Origin: Cladosporium halotolerans
Lineage: Eukaryota
NCBI RefSeq assembly: GCF_011745625.1
Contig: NW_027191461.1
Coordinates: forward strand, 434,001 to 498,000
Direction: 5' to 3'
DNA: 64,000 nt
Positions 48,138 to 60,030 of the stretch are shown here, one piece after another (position 1 is the stretch's first letter; the number at the start of each line of letters is the position of its first letter). Below the pieces are notes generated by a model. It was given only the letters and a program-made list of their open reading frames with translations, did not search any database and was not told the origin of the DNA. The translations under genes and the position numbers were made by a program.

Positions 48138-49360
48138 ATTAGGTGGTGCCGAGGTGCTGTTATTCTGTTTTTGACGGTGTTTTTGGCGAGTCCTGGACCG
48201 GAATGCGCGGTCACGGAGCTATTCCAGCGCGCGCTCGGAGCTGACGAGGACACGTCGGGGAATATAGCCAGCGCAGTGAGGCTCACCACGCACTCCGCCG
48301 CCGGGTGTCAGGTCACTGCGGCGTCTGGCAGCGGGCGTCCCAGCCGCGTGGGAGCTGACGGGGAATTGCTGTGGTTGCTGAAGTCCCGCCCAAGCAGAAG
48401 GCTCGGATATCGGTCGGCAGGCCGCAGCGCTGCAGAAGCTGGAAGCACAGCCTCGGTGGACGGGGATCCAGCGCACGCACGCTGTACAACAGCACAGCTC
48501 GTAAGCTTCGAGCGTGGTGTATGATAGCCTTAGGCGTAGATGACCAACAAACCCTATGTTTCGACTCCAGGAACGGGGCGGTAGCAGCAAGGCGCTGGCG
48601 GCGTAGTGTGAGGCGAGGGACAGAGGTGGCGCCGGGTGAAACATAAGCTCTGAATCCTTGAAGATGCCCGCGTGGGGGGGCTGACGATCCTTGATCGCGC
48701 TGCCCCTTTCCGCGCCGCGAGCGTCGAAGATCCTCCCGCCCGCCCGGCATAATCCCGACACACGTCCCATCCTCTCTTCAAAGCACAGAATGCAATGTGG
48801 AGTGCCAACAGCTTGGGCACCCGAGTGCAGGGCGGCAGTCGTGGAGAAGGCGGTGATGCCTGAAGATCTCAATCGATCGCTGAGCAAATCATTCCATTTA
48901 TCGAGGCTACAATCGCTACATCTACAAAAGTCGCGCACACGGACCATGATAAACATTAACTATTAACAAGCTTCCACAGCTATCATTCGTGAAACAAAGG
49001 AAACGCGCTGCGGCCCAAACCCTGGTGTCGATGTGCTGGTAAGACACTGGAGGAAGAGCTGCAAATACTCCTGACAATGCTCTCGTCCGCAATCCTATTC
49101 AGCATTCTCGATAGTCGATGGAGTCGCCTATGTGTGGTATCCTGTCATGACACGAAGGAAGGCCAGCAATGGTATGCGTGCAATGTGTGCTGAAGCTGAT
49201 CCAGAAACTCGTGCAGAGTAACCAAGGTGCGCCGCGAAAAGTATCCTGACAAGTTAGGTCGAGCTGCACACAGTAATCGAAAGAATGCCTGGCCAATCCA
49301 GTCCCACGAAAACGTCTCAGTCATAGAGCGAACCGGAGCGATGCGTCCGGTAGTCTTCAA

Positions 49361-52300
49361 TCAGTGCGAAGCCGAAGCACCCGCGTCCTCCTTCTTCCCC
49401 GACCCATGCCAAATCGCCCTCCACCCCTTCTTTGTGGGCGACGTCCCTTCCTCCCCAACACCGCTCTTGCCCCCCTTCTCCGACGAAACGCTAATCCCGA
49501 CCTTGCTCGCGATGTGCTCGAACTTCGCCTTCGCCGGCGACGGGCTCTTGGCCGGCGACGAAGCAGCCTTCTTGCCTGGGCTGGCGGGCGAGGAGCCCTT
49601 CTTCGCGTGGCGCGTGGGGATAAGCCTGGGCGACGTCGTCGGCGACAGATTGGGCGAAGTGCCGGGCGGGCTTTCGATGCCGTCTAGGGACGCGGCGCGG
49701 ACGTTGGAGTCCGCGTTGGTGGGCGCACCTGCGAAGCCGGCGGGCGGCGTCAGCAAGTGGACGTGAGGGGGTTCTTCTTCCGGGTCCATGGGCGTACCGT
49801 CGAACTGGGCGTGCGCGAAGAAGCCTGTCGCGAGGCTGGCGGCGTGCGCGACGGAGCTGGGCGTTTTCCATTCGAAGGGGCTGATGATGCGCGGGCCGGG
49901 GCGGTGGATTGTCGAGTCGATGCTGGTGAGGCTGGTGATGCGGTCGGTTGCGGGCGGAGGGCCGCTGGCGGCGCGAGGTTGGACGGGTGCGAGGGTTGGG
50001 GCGTTGGGGGCGCGGGGATGCTGGGGTGATGGGATCTTGGATGGAAACGGAGGCTTGGACATCTGGCGCGTTTCGGCCGAGGGGTATGGCATTGGTGGGC
50101 ATTCCGTCAAGGATGAAGCACGCTGTGGGAATGATGGGTGGTGTGGTCCGATGCTGCCGGCATCCTCCTGACGTTTCTGCCAGGCTCCAAGAGGGAAAGA
50201 GGTTTCCTCATGGTGGTTGCTGTTCAAGGCTGGAGTCACGAGGGCGTTCTCGTTCTGTGGAGCATAGACAGCTTGCTTGAGCGAGTCCAGGCTCTGCAGG
50301 CTGAGCTCCATTGGAGGCCTGATTGTCGTTTCCGCTTCGGTAGACCGGTTGCCCGAGTTTGTGCTCGCATGATTTGGGCTAGGGGTAGGACGGCGACCTG
50401 CAGATTTCGTGGGACTCCCGTCAGAGATCCCCATCGAGACGGAGGTGATCGGCTGCGATTTGATCAAACCGGCGCAGTACCCCTCCAGGAAGTCACCCAT
50501 GCGGTCAGCGCTGACCGGCTTGCGATAGAGGCCAGCTTGGTGCCCTTCGATCCATTCGTGAGATTTGTTGGAAAAATCGACAGTCTTGTAAGGACTGGAA
50601 GTGACGCAGAGTTCGTCCAGGCATTCATGGTCGCGAGCTGGGGAGGAACTGTTGTCGCTACAGTAGCGGCTCGGATGCTCCTCAATGAAACGCCAGACAC
50701 GTTTGTTCTTTGGGCTAAGATTGTGGGCCACACGGTCAGGCATCTGCGCGCTATTGAGATATTGGATCTGGTCGTTCCAGTTGCCGCCTTGAATGTTGAG
50801 CATAGGCGGCTTCTTGCCCGCTTCAAGGTGGTCGTTGACCGGAGTACCAGGCGGAGCGATGGGAGCTGCGTAGCCCTCATTCTGTGGTGAAGTGAACTTG
50901 ACGAAAGCGCCGTCCGGAATTTCTGGATTCCAGTTGGTGTTGTGCAGGTCGCGCTTGGGAGTGATCGGAGACTGCGATCCGGTCTGCACACGCTGGTACT
51001 GGTCGGGTTCGACATTTTCCTTGTCCTCAGACTCATCCGTCGGATCAGGATACTCGTGCTTACGCAGAGAGTAATCACGTGTGTTGCGTGGGAAGAAATC
51101 GGCTGTCCTGACGCTGGAGACACTCGAGCCATCAACAACGATCTTCTTGTCCATGGGGCTGGTGAACAGATTGTTGTTGCTGGACGCCTGTGCTGTCGGC
51201 TTAGAAGCGTGAAGCAAAGCGAGCGGTGTAGGAGCTCTGGCATCGACAGGCTTGGAAGAGGGCTTGTCATTAGCCGTTGGCTGGCGCATGCCGCTACCTG
51301 GCTTGTAGACCGGGCTCATGGGATTCAATACCGACTTGACGCTGGCGATCTGCTTCATTGTAGGATCCTTGATCGGCAACGCGTGAGACTGACGCGGCGA
51401 AGAAACCTTGGGATTAGACGAAGACGTAGACCCGTCGTGCTGAGGAATGGTATGCTCGCGAGGTTGCACACCGTTGCTTGTAACGGCCGTCACCGCAGGA
51501 ACAGCTGGAGCAGAGTTCCCGGAGTCCATGTACATGGGATACGGCGCACCCATTGAGCCGTCGAACGGCGGTGGCGGCATGAAAGCGCTCGGAGAAGCCA
51601 TTGAGTATGCCAACCCAGGATATGGTCCAGCCGGACCGGGCATGCCAGACATGGCAAAAGGCTGTCCCGGCATGGGCACAGTCGGTGCGGATCCAAAGAC
51701 TGGCTGGGCCGAAGATTGCCATGGTACCTGTGACGGCGGAGCGCCAACGGCGTTCGAATGCTGATTGCGCTCAAGGAATGAAGGAAGGCGATTCCTCGGA
51801 GGAGAGCCCGGCTGACGGTCGCGCATGGCTTTCGGAGATGTCGGTACACGGAAATCCTGCGGCATGTCTTTCAGAGACTTGAGGGCCTTGCGGACGCGAT
51901 CCATCGATGTGACCAATTCACGGCGCTTGGTGAAAAGAGCTTCTTTCGCGGTCTTCGCCATGGTCTTACCGTGCAAGACTTCGGTTTTGTCAAGGTCCTT
52001 GAGCTCTTGCTCGAGCTTTGAGTACTCAAGGTCCAATGCATTCTTCTGCGTTGCGATTGTGGGCTGCGGTGCATAGTTGTTAGTCGCTTGTGAGTGTGTG
52101 TTGCTCCTGTCACGGCCAATAGCCTCCTCGAAGGTAGGCTGGGTGGCAGCGGGAAGACCAGGTTGAGTTATGTTGAGATTCGGGGCTGGCGCGTACAGGC
52201 GAACTGCACCGTTTTCCTCGCTGAGCGGCATGACGACGCCATTGACGATCTGGCAGAGCTGGCCATTGATGTCCTGAGCAACATAGCCTTCCTGCGTGGT

Positions 52301-53253
52301 GTTGATCCACTGAGCCTTGCCGACGTGGTTCGGAGCGACTTTGATCAACGCGCCGTTGCTCTTGATGGCGCTGTAACCGAAGCGTGGGTGGCACAGTGGA
52401 GATTGCTCGCTTGGTACAATACGCCCGCCAGCAGTAACGCGAACATGCTGCGGCGAGCCGTGATGCTTGACCAAGGCCTCGATTTTTGATTTGCGGATTG
52501 AAGGGGTAGGTGAAGCACGAAGCCTCCAGGCTCCAGGTCGGGTTGATTGTCCATTGTTGACAATCTCTCCAAGCACGTGCGGCTGTTTGTGAAGAATCGA
52601 AGAAGAAGGTGCGTGTTCGGGTTGAGGATCGGCGAGGACGGCCACATTCTCATCGTGAGGCTTGTTCGCTCCGAAGTGGAGGCTGTCTAGACGGACACGA
52701 GAACGAAGAGATCGAGCAGCGAAGGACTTGGATCCACGAAGAACGTGTTCTGTCGGAGACTCGGGGGTTAGCAAAGCACGCCTTTCAAGTTCACGAGAGC
52801 TCGCAGATGGCGGGGTCTGGATGATCTTTTCCACCCAGTCTCGATGGAAGGTGAGATCTGGGTCAAGCTCATGCCAGGCCATGATTCGGTGATCATTGGG
52901 CCAGTAGCCAATGGTCGGTTTCAGGAAGATTCAGCGCGAGTGCAATGTGCCATAACGCAAATGACGCCGCGAGGATTGACCGTGGCGACCGCGGCGAGCG
53001 GGACGAGCCTCCTTGTTTGTTTACGCACGACGCATCCAACCGCGCAACCACTTCAGGCAGTGACGCAGCGCGATGCAGAGCGAAGGGTGAATCTGAAAGG
53101 AACGAAACATCGAATACCTTTGACAAGATCCGCATCTTCTCCGTCATGCTCTTCAATCGCTTCGTGAAGCTTGGGGGCTGAAGACGTCGCACGCAATCGG
53201 TGTAGCTGTTCAGCAGAATAGACCCGCCTGGCAGTCTTCTCCGCCGTAGTCAT
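49361..53253 (-). CDS. Large uncharacterised low-complexity fungal protein; exons 53253-53118 and 52749-49361
   Basis: GTATTC donor at 53117 and GCTAAC..CAG acceptor at 52750 join ..DLVK to EHVLRGSKSF.. in frame with a >1100-aa ORF. It contains an ordered-looking block HGSPQHVRVTAGGRIVP and a coiled coil. Confidence 0.7.
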
Positions 53254-54019
53254 CGCGATGGGAGATCGAAGGAGAGACAGAGGTACGGGTTGTCAGATGC
53301 GTTGAGGAGCAGAGTTGGCGGCAATACTTGTGCAGACTTGCTCAGTTGTCAGTGGTAAGCAAAACTGCAAGGGGCGAGAGACTGGCGTACCGGCACTACG
53401 TGAGGGAGGATGGCCAAAAGGCGAGATCGAGACGATTACTGTGTAGCGGGTTGGAGCAGACGATTAGCAAGAGTTGGGAATGGCGGTGGCTGCGATGAGA
53501 AAACGAGCGATCGAACGAAAGTGGTGGTTGGTCGTATGGTGCAAAGAGACATGGGGGCGACGAGAGGATGCAGGATGTATTGTAACGACATGGCTGTGCA
53601 CTGTTTTGATAGTTCTTGCTGGTAGATATGGTAGCGCAGTAGGAATGAAAGAGCTGTGCGCATGTTAGGGCAAGCCCGCATCTCTGTGACCAGGCAGTCG
53701 CCGATGCGCATGGCAGAAGGTACGGTCTGCAGCCGGACGATCGTGTGCAACGTGGTATGTACATGCTCCCATACATGTACTTTGCTTCCATCAAACTCTT
53801 GTCACGCCAATGATGTAGGTATGCTCCATGCATTGGACCTTGCCAAAGCAGGGAAATGGTATTCCCAATATCTCTTCGGAGCGCGATGATTCTTGACCGC
53901 GTTTCGAAACCCTCAATCCCCAGCGCCATGCCATACGAATAATGTACAAATCTTCTCTTGTGTTACAGTCCTTTCCAAGAATATGTTTGTAGCTTTAAGC
54001 ACACGATCTTTGTGGCTCT

Positions 54020-54481
54020 CTACTTGTTCTTGGTGTGCTTGTAGGAGAAGCGCTTCCTTGTCCTGCTCAATGTCAGACTCGATCAACAATTTTTTCCCGG
54101 GACGAGAAAACACTCACGCTGCAAACTCTCCCAGCTTGTGTCCCACCATATCCTCTGTTATCCTAACATCCGTGTAGTTCTTGCCGTTGTGCACCTGGAA
54201 GATCAATCCGACGAAGTTGGGCAGAATCGTCGCTGCGCGTGCCTGCGTCTTGACCGGAGGCGCTCGCTCGCCGGCCTTTGGTCTCACAATCGGTAACCTA
54301 AGGTAGATGTCAATTAATCGAAAATGCTCGCAAATATGTGGCCTGAGGTGTGTCGAATGCGGAACATACGGGACAATGTGAGGGCCTGGCGATTGTTAGC
54401 GGGTTGCTCGCAATCGTGTGAGAATTTCTCGATAATACCTTTCCAGACTGAGCGCGCGAACAGCGCGCCTGAAGGTCTCAT
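54020..54481 (-). CDS. RSM19: Mitochondrial ribosomal protein uS19m (Rsm19); exons 54481-54439, 54385-54370, 54297-54118, 54062-54020
   Basis: Spliced product [93 protein letters not shown] carries the S19 signature. It is absent from the ORF track. Confidence 0.92.
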
Positions 54482-54770
54482 TGTGTTGCACGCCGGGACT
54501 ACTGTGTCTTTGCTGTCCTCCTGCGTATCTTACCTCGTCCGTGGTGCTCTTCATCCAGGAAGTCGGGGAGCGGATCTAACCTCCTTTGGGAAATCAGATC
54601 AAGATCTATCACGTGATTTCGCGTTCAGTCCGACACGAGCGCCACTATACTGCCAGGCAACGCCGAACGCCGTCACTTCAGGCAGGCTGCAGCTCTGTGC
54701 CGATAAAAAGGGTCGTGCTTCTGCTGGAATGTCGCTGCCACCACATACCCGTCGATGATAATTCTACATC

Positions 54771-57135
54771 ATGCCGCCCAGCGGTAAGTCCTCTAATTGC
54801 CACGCGGAAGGGTAGGCGCTGATCTATTCACACAGCACCTGATACGATTCGTATCCTCGTCTCAACAGACAATCATGTGGGCTATAACGAGCGGGACCCC
54901 ATCCGGGGCGACGACAGCTGGAAAGCGTTCGACGAAGTAATGTGTTTGGCCAAGGAGCGTGACGTCGACATGGTCCTTCTCGCTGGCGATCTCTTTCATG
55001 AGAACAAGCCGTCTCGGAAGTCGATGTATCAGGTCATGCGAAGCTTGAGAATGAATTGCTTTGGCGATAAACCCTGCGAGATCGAGATGTTGAGCGACGC
55101 GAGCGAGCAATTTGCTGGGTGAGTTGTGAGTGGCAAGCTCGACATGTAGATGCCGAGATGCTAATGCGATATCGACAGCTCATTCAATCACGTCAATTAC
55201 GAGGACCCGGATATTAATGTCGCAATCCCTGTATTCTCGATTCATGGCAACCATGACGACCCTTCCGGCGAAGGACATCTCGCCGCCCTTGACATCCTCC
55301 AGATGTCTGGGCTCCTGAACTACTACGGCAGAACACCCGAGTCCGACAACATCCAGGTAAAGCCTGTACTCCTACAGAAAGGATCGACGAAGCTTGCACT
55401 ATATGGAATGAGCAATGTTCGTGATGAACGTCTATTTCGAACGTTTCGCGACGGCAACGTGAGATTCTTCCAGCCAAATGTGCACAAGGATGAATGGTTC
55501 AACCTTGCCAGTGTGCATCAGAACCACCACGCCTATACGGAGTCCGGCTACCTCCCTGAAAGCTTCCTTCCGGAATTCCTTGACCTCGTTGTATGGGGTC
55601 ATGAACACGAGTGCAAGATCATTCCTGTTACGAATGCGGAACGTGGTTTCAAAGTCATCCAACCTGGATCATCGGTGGCCACATCGCTCTGCATTCCCGA
55701 AACAGTAGAAAAGCATGTCACTATTCTGAGCGTCACTGGCAAAGAGTTCACGCACGAGCCTATCAGACTGAAGTCTGTCCGTCCTTTTGTCATGAGAGAA
55801 GTTGTGCTGCAGGACGACCGTCGCATGCGCCAAGTGGGTCAAGCAGGCGGCGACAACAAGGCTGAAGTGGACCGCTTCTGCATGAAACAGGTCGACGAAC
55901 TGATTGAGCAGGCAAACCAGGAGTGGCTGGATGTGCAGCAGGAAGGCAATGACGAGCCCGACGAGGAGCTGGTCCCACCGCTACCTCTCGTCAGATTGCG
56001 TGTCGAGTACACGGCACCAGAAGGCGGGAACTTCGTTATCGACAATCCGCAACGCTTTTCTGCTAGGTACGTTGGCAAGGTCGCGAACACAAGCGATATT
56101 ATCCAATACCACCGCAAAAAGGCCACCGCGGCCCGGAAGCCCAAACAGACCATCGAGATGCCAGATTCCGCTACCTTGGCCCAGCTCGGCATGGACGCCG
56201 TCAAGATTGATGAGCTTGTCAAAGAGTTTCTTACTGCGCAGTCTCTTACCATTCTTCCTCAAGCGCCTTTCGGCGACGCTGTACAGCAGTTCGTACAGAA
56301 GGACGACAAGCATGCCTTGGAAGAATTTCTTCTAGAGACGATGGACCAACAAGTCGAGCATTTGGTCAATAATGATGGCGATTTGTCAGACGAAGACGAG
56401 ATGGCCAGGATGATGGAGCAAATGAAGGCTTCACGCGAACAGAATTTCGAGCAAGGCGGCCGATCGACTAGAAAGCGTACGAACCGCAAACCGAAGCCTG
56501 ACATGTGGGATTCGGATGAAATGGGGCACTGGGAGGATGACCCCGCCTCTATCATCCGAGACGACCTAGAACATGACGACATGGATGTCGACGAGGAAGA
56601 TGACGACGGAGACAGCGTGACGGCCAGCCGTGCTACTAAGACTACCCGTGGAACTCGTGTTCGCGGGCGAGGTGGCCGCACAGCAGCGGCGGGCACCACG
56701 CGTAAGGCCACGACCGCAGCGAAGAAGGCGCCTGCCAAAGCCCCAACGAAGGGCCGTGGCAAGAAGAAAGACCCGACTCCCTCTGAAGATGAGGACGAGC
56801 AAGACGACGTGATCATGTTGGACGACGACGACGACGACGATGACGAACGTGGGAAGGGGCTTTTCGTGAGCCAAGATTCGGCCCCACCCAAACGTGCCCC
56901 GGCAAAGAAGACAACCGCCGCATCCTCTCGGTCTACAGCTGCGAAGAAGCCTGCTGCTAGCAGTCGTCAGACCCAGATCAGCTTTGGCGCCAGCCAAGCA
57001 GCGTCATCGAATGGCACTCGCAGAACGGCTAGCACTCGCGCTGCAGCGCCTCGCAGGCTGCAGGAACCGAGCGAAGACGAGATTAGTGATGATGATGCGT
57101 TTGAGACGCCACCAGCCAGTGCGATGAGGCGGTAA
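54771..57135 (+). CDS. MRE11: Double-strand break repair nuclease Mre11; exons 54771-54783, 54836-55118, 55179-57135
   Basis: [36 protein letters not shown] and WGHEHEC phosphoesterase motifs; C-terminal RGRGGR (GAR-like) tract. Confidence 0.96.
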
Positions 57136-57533
57136 AGGCTCACCCCTGAGCCATGCCTTGTTTACGAGGAAAGGGTGTTATTCTCCAACAGAACTGCATG
57201 TCTCAGGGTCGAGACATTACATTAGCTTAGCGACGGCGCAAGGAAATGGTCTGTGAGCACGGTACAGGATTGCTACATTATGTATCCAAAGAAGCTTCAG
57301 CACCGGCTGAAATAATAGTCAACGCCTCACACGCCTTGATCTCAAGGCCCGTCTCCAAGGCCGAGAATGTCCTTTCCTTTTGCCCCGAGTCCATTCCCGT
57401 TCTACATCCCTGAAACGCCTTAGAAAATATAAGCAAGAATTCAAGGCTGGATAGGAATCGTGAAACTTCTTCCACCAAACACAGAGGCGTGTCCGTGCAC
57501 AGCCTTCGTCGCACACATCACCAAAGCAGCACT

Positions 57534-58409
57534 CTATCGGTAGAACTCGCCCCTCTTAACGTTGACGCCGTATTCTCCAACAGCCATGCCCAGATCCTCC
57601 ATCGTGAGAACCGTCCTACCTTGTCCACCGCCGGTTCCACCGCCTCCGTATCCAGCCCTCGGTCCACCGAGAGGCGCGTTCTTTCCAGCATCTTTCTTTC
57701 CCTTGCCAGCGGCTTCGCCCTCTCCTCCGCCGCCACCGGCACCCATGCCGAATCCAGCGGCACCTCCAAGGCCAGTGAGCGGGTTGTTCGATGTGGTGTT
57801 GGTACTCCTGATGCGCGAGTACTGGTACGCGTCCGCTGCGATGTCCGCGACGAACTTCTGCGTCGCGAGCGCGAGGAGCCGCGCCAGGCGGCGGTCTGTC
57901 TGCGGAGGAGGCGGGAGGCCGGCCAGCGTGAGGTAGTAGTCTGTGACGGCGTCGGGGATGAGCGGGGTGTAGTCGTCCATCTTGCCGAGGAACTCGCGCA
58001 GGCTGGCGTCTTTCTTTTGCGGGATGCGCGGCTCGATGACAGCTTGTGGGTGGGTTGCTTCGGGGCCCAGTTGCGGCGGAGGGAAGGCGGGTGAGCCTGG
58101 GTTGGCTGTTGAGGGCCCGGCGGAGGGAGGCTGTTGGGAAGGCGGTTGCTCGTTCATTTCGTTGGCGATGGAGGTGTCGATGTCGGCGTCTGTGGGTTGA
58201 CTCGGCTGGGATGGAGGTGGTTGTGTCGCTGTCTCTTGTGTGGGTGCTGATGCCTGTGTGGATTCGGCCGCGGCTGGAGTCTCGTTTACTTGTTGAGTGG
58301 ACTGATCTGGTGCGGCTTGCTGTGTAGGTTGTTCAGGCTGCTGCTGAGGTTCCGCGGTCGGCAATGCGCCATTGGTGGGGGCAGTGGGAGGGGGATTGGC
58401 ATCTGCCAT
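57534..58409 (-). CDS. TAF10: TFIID/SAGA subunit Taf10
   Basis: [72 protein letters not shown]. Confidence 0.95.
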   Translation of the reverse strand: MADANPPPTAPTNGALPTAEPQQQPEQPTQQAAPDQSTQQVNETPAAAESTQASAPTQETATQPPPSQPSQPTDADIDTSIANEMNEQPPSQQPPSAGPSTANPGSPAFPPPQLGPEATHPQAVIEPRIPQKKDASLREFLGKMDDYTPLIPDAVTDYYLTLAGLPPPPQTDRRLARLLALATQKFVADIAADAYQYSRIRSTNTTSNNPLTGLGGAAGFGMGAGGGGGEGEAAGKGKKDAGKNAPLGGPRAGYGGGGTGGGQGRTVLTMEDLGMAVGEYGVNVKRGEFYR

Positions 58410-59010
58410 GGCTGCGATCGCGTCTTGTTGACGATATCTGTGATTGCGCCGACACGTGATCCACCGGAAGGCGTGAGTGTGTGAAGCTCGATATCCTGAT
58501 CTCGAGTGATTGGTTCCGTACGATTGGCATGTGACGCTGGCGTTGTTGAAGTCGCGAGCCCTTGGAGCAGCGCGCACCAGCAAGCGGAATGGATTCCGCT
58601 GTCTCTGCTCTTCTGCGATGGCTCTCGGGACTTGACTTCACCCGAGACTTGACACAGAACGAGGTAGGTGAGATACTTCATTGTGATTTTGCAAAATCAG
58701 TTTCAAACTGTATGGAAGACACTACAATCGTTGCATCCAAGTACCCGGACTTGTTCATAACTTTGCTTTCAAGCGATAAGTTTGCCCTCAGTCCATGGTG
58801 CCTGGTACACCGCCACGCAACCCTGGCACTACTGACGTAGCAATGCCATTTGTGAGACCTACAATACGCACATGTGTGCGTTGACATTGGGAGTCACGCG
58901 GTGGTACGCTATTTCCGCGAGATATAGGTCGGATGTGTCGGTGAAAGCTCACCATGCCCTGCAGGGTTGCTTCGCGCCGGATCCTGACGATCCCCCGTAT
59001 CTGTTCTAAC

Positions 59011-60030
59011 CTAGGCCTTAGGAGGCGGAAGGAATACATTCAACACCCTTCTGGGTATTCTTTTGAACCTCACTCCCTCCCATGTCCCAACGATCGCTCC
59101 AGCTTGGGTGACGTACACTGTGCCACCGAGCACATCTTTACCCTCTGAACGCATTCGCACGTAGCTCCGAATGTCACCCTCACATCCTGGACGGAAGCTG
59201 CTCGATATTCTTGCAGAATCCCAGCCATGGCTGATGTATGCGTTTTTCTTGGTGTCCTCGTCGCTCGCATTGCAGATAAATCCGGAGAGGTGGCAGGAGC
59301 CATCGAGGTAGTATGGCCCAGCCAGTTCGTTCTCAGATTTTTCGCGAATTTCGAGGAGTGCCGTAGCTTCCAAAGCTGTCTTGTCGATGATGACTTCGCT
59401 CATGGCTTGATAGTCACCATCATACTCCACAAACGTCTTGAAGAGCTTATAGGCTGTTTCGCGCTGGATGGTACGGACAGCGCCGGACTGTTCCACCATC
59501 GCTCTTGCCCGCAATCTCTCAATATGAGCAATGATCGAATGCTCAAGTGCCGACCATTCAGCGCGCCAAGAGGCTTCGCTCTCAAGTCGAACCGTGCAAT
59601 GAGCGAGCTCGTCGATCTTCATGCCTTCCGGAGAGATGTGACTGAAGAAGCATTGCACGGCTCCAGCAGCGTCGATGCCATCTGCAACGGCGCGCATTTC
59701 CAGCCATTGCCCCTTGCCAATTTGGGGATTCTGCGCTTTGAGTGGTTTGTCGACATGCATCTCACAGACATTCAGGCCTGGAAGCTCTTCCTTCCCACGA
59801 AGTTTCGCCAAGATGTAATTTGCTACTGTGATGGCCATGTCGCCGTACAGACCAGATGGAGTGAGGGTGACACCGTTGCACTTGTGATCACGGAGAACGG
59901 GCCAAAGCCCGGGGTCTGCGACACAAGACCTAATGGTGACAGTAGCGGATGTGTTGGCCGTGTAGGCCTCGGAAATAATGCGCTGGCATGAGGCCGAAAG
60001 GTCGTAGCTGTTTGTGCGTGTTGGCTGCAT
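59011..60030 (-). CDS. Stand-alone polyketide product-template (PT) domain protein (double hot-dog fold), 339 aa
   Basis: SCQRIISE..LRDHKCNGVTLTPSGLYGDMA..LNVCEMHVDKPL..AYKLFKTFVEY..PYYLDGSCHLSGFICN..YISHGWDS..SYVRM..GTVYV..VRFKRIPRRVLNVFLPPP matches NR-PKS PT domains end to end. No other PKS domain is in the ORF. Confidence 0.85.
   Translation of the reverse strand: MQPTRTNSYDLSASCQRIISEAYTANTSATVTIRSCVADPGLWPVLRDHKCNGVTLTPSGLYGDMAITVANYILAKLRGKEELPGLNVCEMHVDKPLKAQNPQIGKGQWLEMRAVADGIDAAGAVQCFFSHISPEGMKIDELAHCTVRLESEASWRAEWSALEHSIIAHIERLRARAMVEQSGAVRTIQRETAYKLFKTFVEYDGDYQAMSEVIIDKTALEATALLEIREKSENELAGPYYLDGSCHLSGFICNASDEDTKKNAYISHGWDSARISSSFRPGCEGDIRSYVRMRSEGKDVLGGTVYVTQAGAIVGTWEGVRFKRIPRRVLNVFLPPPKA

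Noticed and set aside
48219..48956. 245-aa minus-strand ORF upstream of the RING/TRAF gene
   Set aside because: No domain or coding-like composition; more likely promoter or 5' leader.
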